Source of the DNA: Adineta vaga
Taxonomy: Eukaryota; Animalia; Rotifera
NCBI GenBank assembly: GCA_021613535.1
Contig: CP075493.1
Location: 15,872,001 to 15,936,000, forward strand
Reading direction: 5' to 3'
DNA: 64,000 nucleotides
Shown: positions 25,744 through 37,330 of the stretch, one piece after another
Layout of the letters: each line of letters starts with the position of its first letter
Numbering within the stretch: position 1 is the first letter of the stretch
Notes under the pieces: generated by a model
The model's input: only the letters and a program-made list of their open reading frames with translations
Told to the model about the DNA's origin: nothing
Database searches by the model: none
Translations under genes and position numbers: made by a program

Positions 25744-28700
25744 ATGCATATTGATCTTAGGCAGTTGTGGCAAAAACTGCGACTCACTATTGAGCAGTTC
25801 AATATATTTCCATCAATTCCACCAACAGAAGATCAACACAAACTTCGTAATCAACACATTTCAACAAGATTATTCATTATTCTTTTCATTCTTTCATTAA
25901 CTATTCTTCTTCTTTATACAGCATTAATTGATGTTACACAAACTGTCACAGTCAATTCACCAACAATGAAACAATATTTACAATTATATTCCACATATTC
26001 AGAATCATTATCATGTAATTGTAAACGAATATCGATGAATTATAATAAAATTCTTCATTTGGAATATAGATTTCATCAAATATGTTACAGTATCTTTATT
26101 AATCAAACGTGGATTGATTATCTTACAAGTGCGTCACCGTCAATACTACTGTACGGTAATGGATTTCAAGAGAACAGTTTCTATATGTTTCAATTTTTAC
26201 AAGCATTTTGTGATTTGAGTTTTCAAACGATCGAGAATAGTTTGAGTGAATTCTATTCAACTCAATATATCAGTCCATCTGTTCTCCCTCCAGAACTATT
26301 TCAACTTCAAATTCAATCACTCATCAATAAATTCATTTCATCAACAACCAATAATTTTTTATTGTCGCTTTCAACAACACGACAAATGATTCAAAGCAAC
26401 ACTTTGTTAACTGCAACACAAGGAAACTTTGCTCTATATGTAGATCGAACTTACTTTATAGCTGCAGGATTAAATGTGTACGGCAACTGCAGTTGTGGAA
26501 CTTCGGCTAAATGTGCAAAGCCATCTCCAATTTATCTTGGTCAGACTGGAACAGTATTATTTACTGTACCAGGTATGTATGTTGGATGTTATCCTGTTGA
26601 ATCATTATTACAATCAGATCTTCGATGTTTTTATAATCAAACATGTATAAATACATTACAGTTGTATCTGAATGCATCATCATCAATGAATGTTACAGCT
26701 CTAGATTCATCTATATTCACTGCATTCATGGTGAATTCGAGAGTAGAAGATATCGTTAACAATCTAATGGTTGAAAAATGGATTCAATCGATGATGTATG
26801 AAAATTATCATAGAGAATGTAGAACATCACAATGTATTTATATACATAAAACAAAGAATAGTTTGATTTATATCATAACAACAATCGTCGGATTAATTGG
26901 AGGTTTAGTTACAGCGTTAAAATTGATTGTGCCTCGTGTGGTGGCTTTAGTAAGAAGAAAACGACGCATGGCAACACCAGAATCAGGTAAAGTATAAAAA
27001 GACTTCGCTCTCATTTTATACATTGTGATAATCATAGCACACTAAAATTTTTTGAAAGAGCGATATTCTGACTTCGAGAACAGTTGAAAGTTATTTCGCA
27101 TGAACATTTGTCAAAAACATGTTTTTGTGATTTCTATGTAGTGATCTTTCAAGTATGTGAGTGAAAAGTAAGTTTCATGATTTTTGGGTTAACTGTTCTT
27201 TCCTAAGATGAGTATTGCCATACATCCATGAATATTGAGATGTAAGCATTTCTGTACCAAAAGATGCATATCTTTCGCGGAAGATATGAGTGTGTTTTTA
27301 AAACTGATCATAGCTAAACTATTGATTCTGTGACGAAGTTGTTCTTGGTCTGACTGGATTACTGAAAGGATACATAGCTACGCCAGTAGTACGAAGCTGT
27401 GCGAAGTAAGACAGCTTGAAATTATTATCACTTTAACTTCCCACTAAATGAATCAATATGTCGACTGCGACGTTTAAAATTTCATACCAGTTTTTTAGTG
27501 AAATTACTCTCGCAATTCGGCCACTCGTCTAATGGTTTTTTCAAGTTCGAATATGATGCTACTGTCACATATGTGCACGCACAACACATAATGGGCAACT
27601 TTCGTATGCCAGATGGACATGTAGTTTCTTTCCTTGAAAATGGGTTCCTATATCTTAGAAATGATCATATATCACTTAGAATATCATCTTAAATGAAATA
27701 AATCATGTTCGAAAAAACAAATTCTTCGTATAAAAATACCTGCAGGGGACCTCAGCTAAAACTTTCGAAAAAAATGTTTTGTTAAAAAGTACGTGTTGTT
27801 GCATATTATTTAATGCAGTTTTCTGCGCTGATTCAAAATATCACCTTGCTTTTTTGCTAAGATGCTATTTTCAGGCAAAAATAGGCGATCACTATTTTTT
27901 TAAAGTTTTTCCTGAGTACACGTCGAAAACAAAATCCGAAAGAACCCTTTTTCATTACATATGGTTAAATGCAGTTTAATGAGCTAATTTCGAATATCAC
28001 ATTAGTTTTGCGTGAAAATGTTCTCATCTTCTCAAACGTAGCCATTTCGAGGCAGAAACCTGATTTTTTGTGAGACCTCTAGCTCGGCCTGTGTCCACTA
28101 ATGTAACTTTGTGCTATGACCAACGATAAACTATACATAGGAGAATGTTTGGTAAAAATTTGAGCTCAATCGGATAAAAACTCTTTGTAACGCTGTCAAA
28201 ATACAGTATGACCTATTTTTTGACCTAGTATGGGTCCAATAATCACTTTTTTTCTATTTCATTTTTGTTTCAATCGAAATAATTTTTTATGCAATATAAC
28301 TTATGGGTCAATCGTTCGTTTCATATAGTTTTTCTTTTTATAATCTTTAGACAAGTTGAGAAAAAGACCGGTTTCCGTACCATTACCGACTTATGAGCAA
28401 TTTTTGAGGATGGGCTTTTTTCGGGGTATGCCTTGATTTCTGGAAATCTAGTTTTAGGGTGAGACAAACTAACCATAGATGTATTTATTCCATTATTTGA
28501 ACTTTGAAAAATAGAACTTTCGATCATGTCCGCCTGGTTGCCCAGTGTGCAACAGCTCTTTTTCGTTGTGATGAAAAATTTCTTTAAATTTCGTCAGAGA
28601 GCAGTGGTTGCTGGTTCGCCACGTAGCTACAACAATTCCTTCAAACGAGAAACAGCCAATGGGAAAAAGTAGGACATCTGAACTTCTGAAGTACATGAGT

Positions 28701-31700
28701 CTGCTATTTCTTCCTCTCATAAATAGTATCATTCTGATACAAAACACACGCTTATATACTGATCCATCAACAGAAGGGAACGAAAGAGAATATCATAAAG
28801 TATGTTAGAATGTACACAAATAAGGATATATGGATAATCGAAGAGGGCAAATAGCATGCGTACAGCGCATGTAAGCTAGATCGTCACAATAATGAATGCC
28901 AACGATTTCTACGCGTAATTCGTTTTTCTTTGTATTTTAAAGAATCACTTGATCATGAAACTCGACCTCGCATTAGTCAAATAATCAAAAATAACGTAAA
29001 CACATTAAATATATTTCCATCAATTCCACCAACAGAAGATCAACACAAACTTCGTAATCAACACATTTCAACAAGATTATTCATTATTCTTTTCATTCTT
29101 TCGTTAACTATTCTTCTTCTTTATACAGCATTAATTGATGTTACACAAACTGTCACAGTCAATTCACCAACAATGAAACAATATTTACAATTATATTCCA
29201 CATATTCAGAATCATTATCATGTAATTGTAAACGAATATCGATGAATTATAATAAAATTCTTCATTTGGAATATAGATTTCATCAAATATGTTACAGTAT
29301 CTTTATTAATCAAACATGGATTGATTATCTTGAACTCGCACAGGCAGCCACAGGAATATACAGTTCTGACTTTAGAGTTAGTAGTTTATATATTTTTCAA
29401 AACTTTCACACATTTTGTGACTTGAGTTTTCAAACGATCGAGAATAGTTTGAGTGAATTCTATTCAACTCAATATATCAGCCCATCTGTTCTCCCTTCAG
29501 AACTATTTCAACTTCAAATTCAATCACTCATTAACCAATTCATTTCATCAACAACCAGTACTTTTTTATTATCACTTTCAACAACAAGACAAATGATTCA
29601 CAGTAATGCTATCTTAACTGCAACTCAAACGAACTTTGATCTTCATGTGATGCTAGGCTACTATATAATTTCAGCACCAGTTGTGTATGGCAACTGCACT
29701 TGTACAGCTTCGGCTAAATGTGCAAAGCCATCTCCAATTTATCTTGGTCAGACTGGAACAGTATTATTTACTGTACCAGGTATGTATGTTGGATGTTATC
29801 CTGTTGAATCATTATTACAATCGGATCTTCGATGTTTTTATAATCAAACATGTATAAATACATTACAGTTGTATCTGAATGCATCATCACCAATGAATGT
29901 TACAGCTCTAGATTCATCTATATTCACTGCATTTATGGTGAATTCGAGAGTAGAAGATATTGTTAACAATCTAATGGTTGAAAAATGGATTCAATCGATG
30001 ATGTATGAAAATTATTATAATGAATGTAGTACAACACAATGTATTTATATACATAAAACAAAGAATAGTTTGATTTATATCATAACAACAATCGTCGGAT
30101 TAATTGGAGGTTTAGTTACAGCGTTAAAATTGATTGTGCCTCGTGTGGTGGCTTTAGTAAGAAGAAAACGACGAACGGCGACACCAGAACCAGGTAAGAG
30201 CCCAACAAGACAAATATAACTAGAAGGTGTTGTAAGGGTGTGGATAACTTCTGCGGAATTTAATCCAAAGTGGCGATTTTACTGATGATCTCTCAATTAG
30301 GGTGACAATAGAAATTTTCTTCTCATTTTATTAAGATCGAGATTATCGAAAAAGAAACATTGTTGAGCTCACTACTAAATGATATTGTTTTTTAAAATAG
30401 GCACTGCTGTTATAATATAAGCAATAAAAAGTTCGTGTTCACAAGGAATAATTTTAGTTGAACAACTAATTCTTCGCAAAAACTATAGCGAAATCCTATG
30501 ATAAGATAGCGGAAACGATTCTTTCTATACAAAATAAGATGATGAAAGTGACGAAACAATTTTTCATCTGCTCATTCTGTAAAAGTTTTGTTATCTTCGG
30601 AAAGTTTGTTCAATCAATTTCTTTTGTACACTTTCGCATTATAGACTTTCCTCTTTTCAACAACAAAATGTTGAGTCTTGCCCCATCCGTTAAAGCCTTC
30701 TTGATGGTAATCAGAGTACCTCCGCTAGTATATTTATGTAAAAAAGACTCAGGAACTTCCATCTCACTCCACAATAATGATCTCTACATTTCACTACATA
30801 AATAAAGTACTCTTGAATCATCCATATCCTCACAGTCTTCCAGCCTAATATTCTTAGTCTCAGTATCTCTTTGTTGTTCTTAGAAAGAAACATGCATATT
30901 GATCTTAGGCAGTTGTGGCAAAAACTGCGACTCACTATTGAGCAGTTCAATATATTTCCATCAATTCCACCAACAGAAGATCAACACAAACTTCGTAATC
31001 AACACATTTCAACAAGATTATTCATTATTCTTTTCATTCTTTCATTAACTATTCTTCTTCTTTATACAGCATTAATTGATGTTACACAAACTGTCACAGT
31101 CAATTCACCAACAATGAAACAATATTTACAATTATATTCCACATATTCAGAATCATTATCATGTAATTGTAAACGAATATCGATGAATTATAATAAAATT
31201 CTTCATTTGGAATATAGATTTCATCAAATATGTTACAGTATCTTTATTAATCAAACATGGATTGATTATCTTACAAGTGCTCGGCCAGCTACGGGAATGT
31301 ACAGTGATGATTTTCGAGGTATCAGTTTATATATTTTTCAAAACTTTCACACATTTTGTGACTTGAGTTTTCAAACGATCGAGAATAGTTTGAGTGAATT
31401 CTATTCAACTCAATATATCAGTCCATCTGTTGTTCGTCCAGAACTATTTCAACTTCAAATTCAATCACTCATCAATAAATTCATTTCATCAACAACCAGT
31501 ACTTTTTTATTATCTATTTCCTTAATACAACAAATGATTTACAGTAACGTTTTGTTAACCGCAACAGTAGCGAACTTTGCACTTTATGTGCTCCCAAATG
31601 GCGCTGTAATTCCATTAGCACTCGTATACGACGACTGTAGTTGTAAAACGTCCGCTAAATGTATAATGCCATCTTCGATCTTTATTGATCAGAGCCGAAC

Positions 31701-32169
31701 AGTATTATTTACTGTACCAGGTATGTATGTTGGATGTTATCCTGTTGAATCATTATTACAATCGGATCTTCGATGTTTCTATAACCAAACATGTATAAAT
31801 ACATTACAGTTGTATCTGAATGCATCATCACCAATGAATGTTACAGCTCTAGATTCATCTATATTAGCTGCATTTATGGTGAATTCGAGAGTAGAAGATA
31901 TTGTTAACAATCTAATGGTTGAAAAATGGATTCAATCGATGATGTATGAAAATTATTATAATGAATGTAGTACAACACAATGTATTTATATACATAAAAC
32001 AAAGAATATTTTGATTTATATCATAACAACAACGGTCGGATTAACTGGAGGTTTAGTTACAGCGTTAAAATTGATTGTGCCACGATTTGTTGCGTTTATT
32101 GGTTTTTGTATTAGAAAATACAAGATGAAATACAATCATAATCAAGTGTTACCCATCGTCGAAAGCTAA
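25744..32169 (+). CDS. ~1259-aa membrane protein of three tandem TM-Cys-rich ectodomain-TM units (exons 25744-26986, 28943-30193, 30884-32169)
   Basis: Phase-1 donors TCAG|GTAAAG and CCAG|GTAAGA join acceptors TTTTAAAG|AA and TTCTTAG|AA in frame; 1243+1251+1286=3780 nt. AATAAA follows unit 3. An acceptor-like site at 25734 leaves room for an upstream exon. Confidence 0.85.
27587..28549. mobile_element. Non-autonomous Transib-like element (963 bp) with asymmetric TIRs and 5-bp TSD
   Basis: TSD CAACA at 27582-27586 and 28550-28554. Left end CATAATGGGCAAC; right end (reverse complement) CACACTGGGCAAC; second shared motif CCAGRYGGACATG. Confidence 0.8.
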
Positions 32170-32392
32170 TTCTTACAATATTCATACGACAAAACAACAT
32201 AAGAATCATGAATAAACATCGGTTTGATATATTATTTGTTTGCTTTTCATTTTAATCTCTTATTCCTAGTTACTTGAAAACTAATGCCTTTGTTTTACTT
32301 CTTGCTTCAATGAATAAATTTTTATGTGATTATAGTTTTACAAAACTCTTTTAGTTTATGATGTGGGAATGTAACATCGGATATGTGATAAC

Positions 32393-32522
32393 GTGTGGGT
32401 GGGGGTGTAGATGAGAGTATAGAACCCGCACCCTCATATGCAGGATGGCCAGAAAAAAGGGTGTGGGTCAGGGTGTAAGTGTTAGATAGATGTAATACTA
32501 ACACACACACCAACACCGTCAA
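32393..32522. repeat. Two adjacent degenerate telomere-like inverted pairs
   Basis: GTGTGGGTGGGGGTGTAG...CCCGCACCCTCA, then AAGGGTGTGGGTCAGGGTGT...CACACACCAACACCGTCAA. Confidence 0.7.
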
Positions 32523-34049
32523 ATTTTTTTAATTAAGAGGAAACACTATTAGTATTAAATAGTATATCAAAGATTTTCTCTCACACTTTTTTTTGTGTTA
32601 TGTACTGAATTAGAAAAATGTTAACGAATACTATTTATACGTATTTCAAATGCATATTGTGATCCACATGATTTTATAATTTCACAACACACCTTCAAAA
32701 ACAGATATAGTTTATTAGGGTTGATAAAATTCTGAACTACTAGTACTTTAAACAGCAGCATTGTGAGCTCCACCTATAACAAGTACGTTTTCTATTTGAT
32801 AGTATCGATTGCCAGTCATATTACGAGTACTATACCATTCTTTCTTTTCTTCACCTAAAACTCAATAATTTTCAATATGTTCTATTTTTCTTTGTTTTAT
32901 TATGAGCATCTCATGCAGATGTATATTTTGATGATAGTGATAGTATGTTGGCCGATTATATGTTCATTTGCTACTACTACACCTCGTTTGGATGCACAAC
33001 GAGATGAATTTTGTCTTCGTCGTCCAACAAATGATATTTTGATAGATGTTTTTTCTTCATACTATTTATTCTTGTGTAAAAAAACATGATTTTTATTAAT
33101 ATTGTATTACGCACCAAAAATCTAAAAAATATAGGTCAATGCAGAGTAATATCATTCGCTGATGGTCCATTATTAACTCTCTTAGTTTTTCATTAAAAGA
33201 TAGTTTGTGATAGTAATCATGGAAATTAGAAATGAAATTTCAAGATATTACACAATAGCATTCACCTAATGAACTGCGTAATAAAATAAAAACAGCATTT
33301 TAAACTTCATCATTATAATAAGATATTATTGAATGATATTGAATTCAAACAACACATGCTATAAGAAGAATTGTTAGAACTTATAGAAATTTTGGTTATT
33401 AAATCATTTTATTCAACTAGAAAAACGTCAAGTTATTTATTGAATTAACCCTTTAGATTTAAGATAAAAATATTTATATTTACGGAAACTTTTCTTTTCT
33501 CTTCAAGGTATAATGAAGGTAAATTTAGGATTTATTAAAAAGAGAGTTGCAGCCGAAAATCAATTAAAGTTAAATCTGTTCTGAAGAAAAACAATATTCA
33601 GAATTTTCATATACATAAATAATTGTTTCACGTTTGTATGAAACAGGTTAAATAAAATATTAATAAAGAACTATGAATTTCATCTACTGTATAAATATTT
33701 GTCAAAGAATAAATAAATGACTAAATTTTCCGATAGATATATATTTCTATTTTTATTACTTTATTATTATGTTCTATTATAATCGGATCATATATAATTG
33801 ATATTTTAATTCTGAACAAATTATACAAAATTGCATATAGACAGTAAACAATATAATGTTAAACAAAGTTTCCATACTTTTACTAAATAAAAATCATATA
33901 AAATCTGTAAAGAACTGCATCTTTTCTAATAAAAACAAGTGATGCATTAATTCAAAATGTAATTATGTATCCGTATGATTTTTTTCTGAAGAAAAAAAAT
34001 GTTATTTCAGTTCATTTTCTTTTAAATGTACTAACGTAGACAAGAAGAG

Positions 34050-34994
34050 ATGTCAAACTTAACAGTTACATTGGATATAATTCGAGATCGAATAACATCG
34101 ATTATTCTTCCTTTATATATTGTTCTTGGTATTCTTGGAAATGCATTTTGTATTTTTTATTTCTTGCAAAGATCTCAACGTTCCAGTTCATGTGCATTTT
34201 ATCTTTTACTTGTTGCAATTACAAATATATTTACAGTCACATTTGGTATTACAGCAACTCTTGTTGATTTTTGGAATCCAATGTCATCAAAAATTCTTCT
34301 TTATTGTAAATTACGCATCTATATCAATCATACATTATTATTAATTGGAAGAATCTTTACAGTTTTGGCTTCAATTGATACATTTACAATGACTTCACAA
34401 AAACATACTTGTCGAATGTTTAGTCAACGATCGAATGCAATTAAATATTCTATCGGTGTTGTTATCTGTTGTCCTTTAATTGCTATTCATATACCAATTG
34501 TGCTTACAAGTGTTTCTGGACAATGTATAATGCCTGGTGTATATTCATTAATATTTACAATCTATCAAATGATAATTGCTGGTATTATACCACCATTAGC
34601 AATGATTATATTTAATTGTCTTGCACATGTTAATATGAAAAGATCAGCAATACAACAGAATAATATAATAAAACGAGAACAACAACGACAACATTTACGT
34701 ATGGTAACAACTCAAATTATTATTTATATTATTTCAGCTGAACTTGTACCACTTACTAAAGTTTATTCACAATTAACAACAAATATCAAAGAAAAAAGTC
34801 AAGATCGAAAAGCTATTGAAGCATTTATTACATTTATGGCAAATAGTTTTCTTTTATATCTTAACACATGGACAGCTTTTTTTATTTACTATGGAACATC
34901 TTCTAATTTTCGAAATGCTTTTCTTCGAATTTTCAAAAAGAACATCAATCAAATTCAACCAGCACATATACTAGCGATTAATCACAATACCTGA
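34050..34994 (+). CDS. Class A (rhodopsin-like) GPCR, intronless
   Basis: 314 aa, seven hydrophobic segments, GILGN in TM1, CKLR, ASIDTF (DRY variant), FFIY...FR helix 8. Confidence 0.9.
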   Translation: MSNLTVTLDIIRDRITSIILPLYIVLGILGNAFCIFYFLQRSQRSSSCAFYLLLVAITNIFTVTFGITATLVDFWNPMSSKILLYCKLRIYINHTLLLIGRIFTVLASIDTFTMTSQKHTCRMFSQRSNAIKYSIGVVICCPLIAIHIPIVLTSVSGQCIMPGVYSLIFTIYQMIIAGIIPPLAMIIFNCLAHVNMKRSAIQQNNIIKREQQRQHLRMVTTQIIIYIISAELVPLTKVYSQLTTNIKEKSQDRKAIEAFITFMANSFLLYLNTWTAFFIYYGTSSNFRNAFLRIFKKNINQIQPAHILAINHNT

Positions 34995-35207
34995 ACACTT
35001 CATAATTCCCATCGAATATTTGTGAATAAGCATTTTTTTATAAAATAAAATACAAATATAAGAAAAAAAAGTAGAATATTATCATCATTATGAGTGAGAG
35101 TGAAGATGATGTAGTTGTTTCCATATGTATTGTTCAATGAAGATTTTTATCGAGAATTAATTAATTGTATGATAAAAAGTAGAACGAAAAAGAAAACATA
35201 ATCATTA

Positions 35208-36450
35208 TTAGGTTGTCAACAAAGTTCTGTCGTTTTTTTCTAAAATCTTGTAGAACAACCAAGAAAGTTCTAGAAGTTTCCATACTAAGGGTATATATAT
35301 AGGACATGAATGTCTTTTGAATGATAAAAAAAATCGTTGATATGGACGTTGATGTCGAGTCAAAGATAAATCTTTCTCATAGAGAGGTTCGAGTGCTTTT
35401 ACTTCATGAATTTCGTTTGGGGAACAAAGCAACGGAAGCAGCCAGCAACATATGCGGCACGATGGGTCAGGGTCTAGTCTCTACTCGTACCGCGCAACGT
35501 TGGTTCAATCATTGCAAGAATCGCGATTTAGAACTCGACGACTTACCTCGATCTGGTAGACCAATGGAAGTGGATGTGGACTTTTTAAAGCAGCTTATCG
35601 AAGAAGATCCTCGACTGACTTTACGGTGTTTAGCAGAGCAGCTCGGGTGCTCTCATACTACGGTGGAAAAACATCTGAACGAATTAGGCAAGACCTGGAA
35701 ATATGGGGTATGGATACCTCATGAATTATCGGCACATCAGCTGCAACAGAGAGTTGATGCATGTATGGATTTAATCACATCTCACCGCAACTACCAATGG
35801 TTATCCAATCTGATTACTGGTGAGGAGAAGTGGGTGTTGTATGTTAACTACACGCGTCGACGTCAGTGGCTGAGCGCTGGTCAAACCGGCGTAGCAACAC
35901 CGAAGGCTGATCTCCATCCCAAGAAATTGATGCTGAGCGTCTGGTGGGGTATCAAAGGAGTTATCCACTGGGAAGTTCTACCAAATGGTTACACCATCAC
36001 TGCTGATCTGTACTGTCAACAATTGGATCGGGTTGCAGAAAAGCTCAAGGGAAAGCAGGATCGAGTTTATTTTTTACATGACAACGCTAGACCACATGTA
36101 GCAAAGTCGACCCGTGAAAAATTATTGAAGCTCGGCTGGATTACTATTCCTCATCCACCTTATTCCCCTGACTTGGCTCCAACAGACTACCATTTGTTTC
36201 GATCTCTTTCGAATGATTTACGTGATAAAAAGTTCGACGAAGAAAGCGATGTCAAAACGGAGCTTGTCAAGTTCTTTGATGAAAAATCCCAGGACTTCTA
36301 CGAGCGCGGGATCATGTCTCTGCCAGAGCGTTGGCAACAAGTGGTAGATAGTAATGGTAAATATATATCTGAAAACTAGTTGTACTTTTGAAGTGAAAAA
36401 ACAATAATAAAATTTTTGAAAAAAACGCCAAAACTTTGTTGACAACCTAA
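35208..36450 (+). mobile_element. Full-length mariner element (1243 bp) with TA TSD
   Basis: TIR TTAGGTTGTCAACAAAGTT(C/T)TG(T/G)CGTTTTTTTC at both ends; TA at 35206-35207 and 36451-36452. Confidence 0.97.
35321..36379 (+). CDS. Mariner transposase; first catalytic Asp replaced by Glu
   Basis: HTH region, WIPHEL, ITGEEKW (normally TGDEKW), HDNARPH, YSPDLAPTDY. Confidence 0.93.
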   Translation: MIKKIVDMDVDVESKINLSHREVRVLLLHEFRLGNKATEAASNICGTMGQGLVSTRTAQRWFNHCKNRDLELDDLPRSGRPMEVDVDFLKQLIEEDPRLTLRCLAEQLGCSHTTVEKHLNELGKTWKYGVWIPHELSAHQLQQRVDACMDLITSHRNYQWLSNLITGEEKWVLYVNYTRRRQWLSAGQTGVATPKADLHPKKLMLSVWWGIKGVIHWEVLPNGYTITADLYCQQLDRVAEKLKGKQDRVYFLHDNARPHVAKSTREKLLKLGWITIPHPPYSPDLAPTDYHLFRSLSNDLRDKKFDEESDVKTELVKFFDEKSQDFYERGIMSLPERWQQVVDSNGKYISEN

Positions 36451-36519
36451 TATTTAGATTGATTTATTAAAATATTCACGAATTTTCATTGTCAGAATCA
36501 TAGCAGTTTCGAAGCATAA

Positions 36520-37277
36520 TACTTTTTTTTTATTATCTATTTCCTTAATACAACAAATGATTTACAGTAATGTTTTGTTAACTGCAACAGTAGCAAACTT
36601 TGCACTTTATGTGCTCCCAAATGGCGCTGTAATTCCATTAGCACTCGTATACGACGACTGTAGTTGTAAAACGTCCGCTAAATGTATAATGCCATCTTCG
36701 ATCTTTATTGATCAGAGCCGAACAGTATTATTTACTGTACCAGGTATGTATGTTGGATGTTATCCTGTTGAATCATTATTACAATCGGATCTTCGATGTT
36801 TCTATAACCAAACATGTATAAATACATTACAGTTGTATCTGAATGCATCATCACCAATGAATGTTACAGCTCTAGATTCATCTATATTAGCTGCATTTAT
36901 GGTGAATTCGAGAGTAGAAGATATCGTTAACAATCTAATGGTTGAAAAATGGATTCAATCGATGATGTATGAAAATTATTATAATGAATGTAGTACAACA
37001 CAATGTATTTATATACATAAAACAAAGAATATTTTGATTTATATCATAACAACAACGGTCGGATTAACTGGAGGTTTAGTTACAGCGTTAAAATTGATTG
37101 TGCCACGATTTGTTGCGTTTATTGGTTTTTGTATTAGAAAATACAAGATGAAATACAATCATAATCAAGTGTTACCCATCGTCGAAAGCTAATTCTTACA
37201 ATATTCATACGACAAAACAACATAAGAATCATGAATAAACATCGGTTTGATATATTATTTGTTTGCTTTTCATTTTT
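36520..37277 (+). pseudogene. Orphan duplicate of the 3' half of unit 3 (about 31500-32253) including stop and 3' UTR
   Basis: 211 aa identical to the end of ORF 30871-32169; by eye four silent substitutions and a longer T-run; lacks TM1. Confidence 0.9.
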
Positions 37278-37301
37278 GATGTCTTATTTTCTCTGTTTAA
37301 T

Positions 37302-37320
37302 CACACCCACACCGTCAAGA
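37302..37320. repeat. Half copy of the telomere-like element
   Basis: CACACCCACACCGTCAAGA between the orphan duplicate and the GPCR stop codon. Confidence 0.6.
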
Positions 37321-37330
37321 TCATAGAATT

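Noticed and set aside
30530-30860. Protein-like fragment and faint telomere-like motifs in intron 2
   Set aside because: Too degenerate to assign a frame or boundaries.
25744-37277. Diversity-generating retroelement explanation for the variable patches
   Set aside because: No reverse transcriptase in the window, and the differences are not restricted to adenines.
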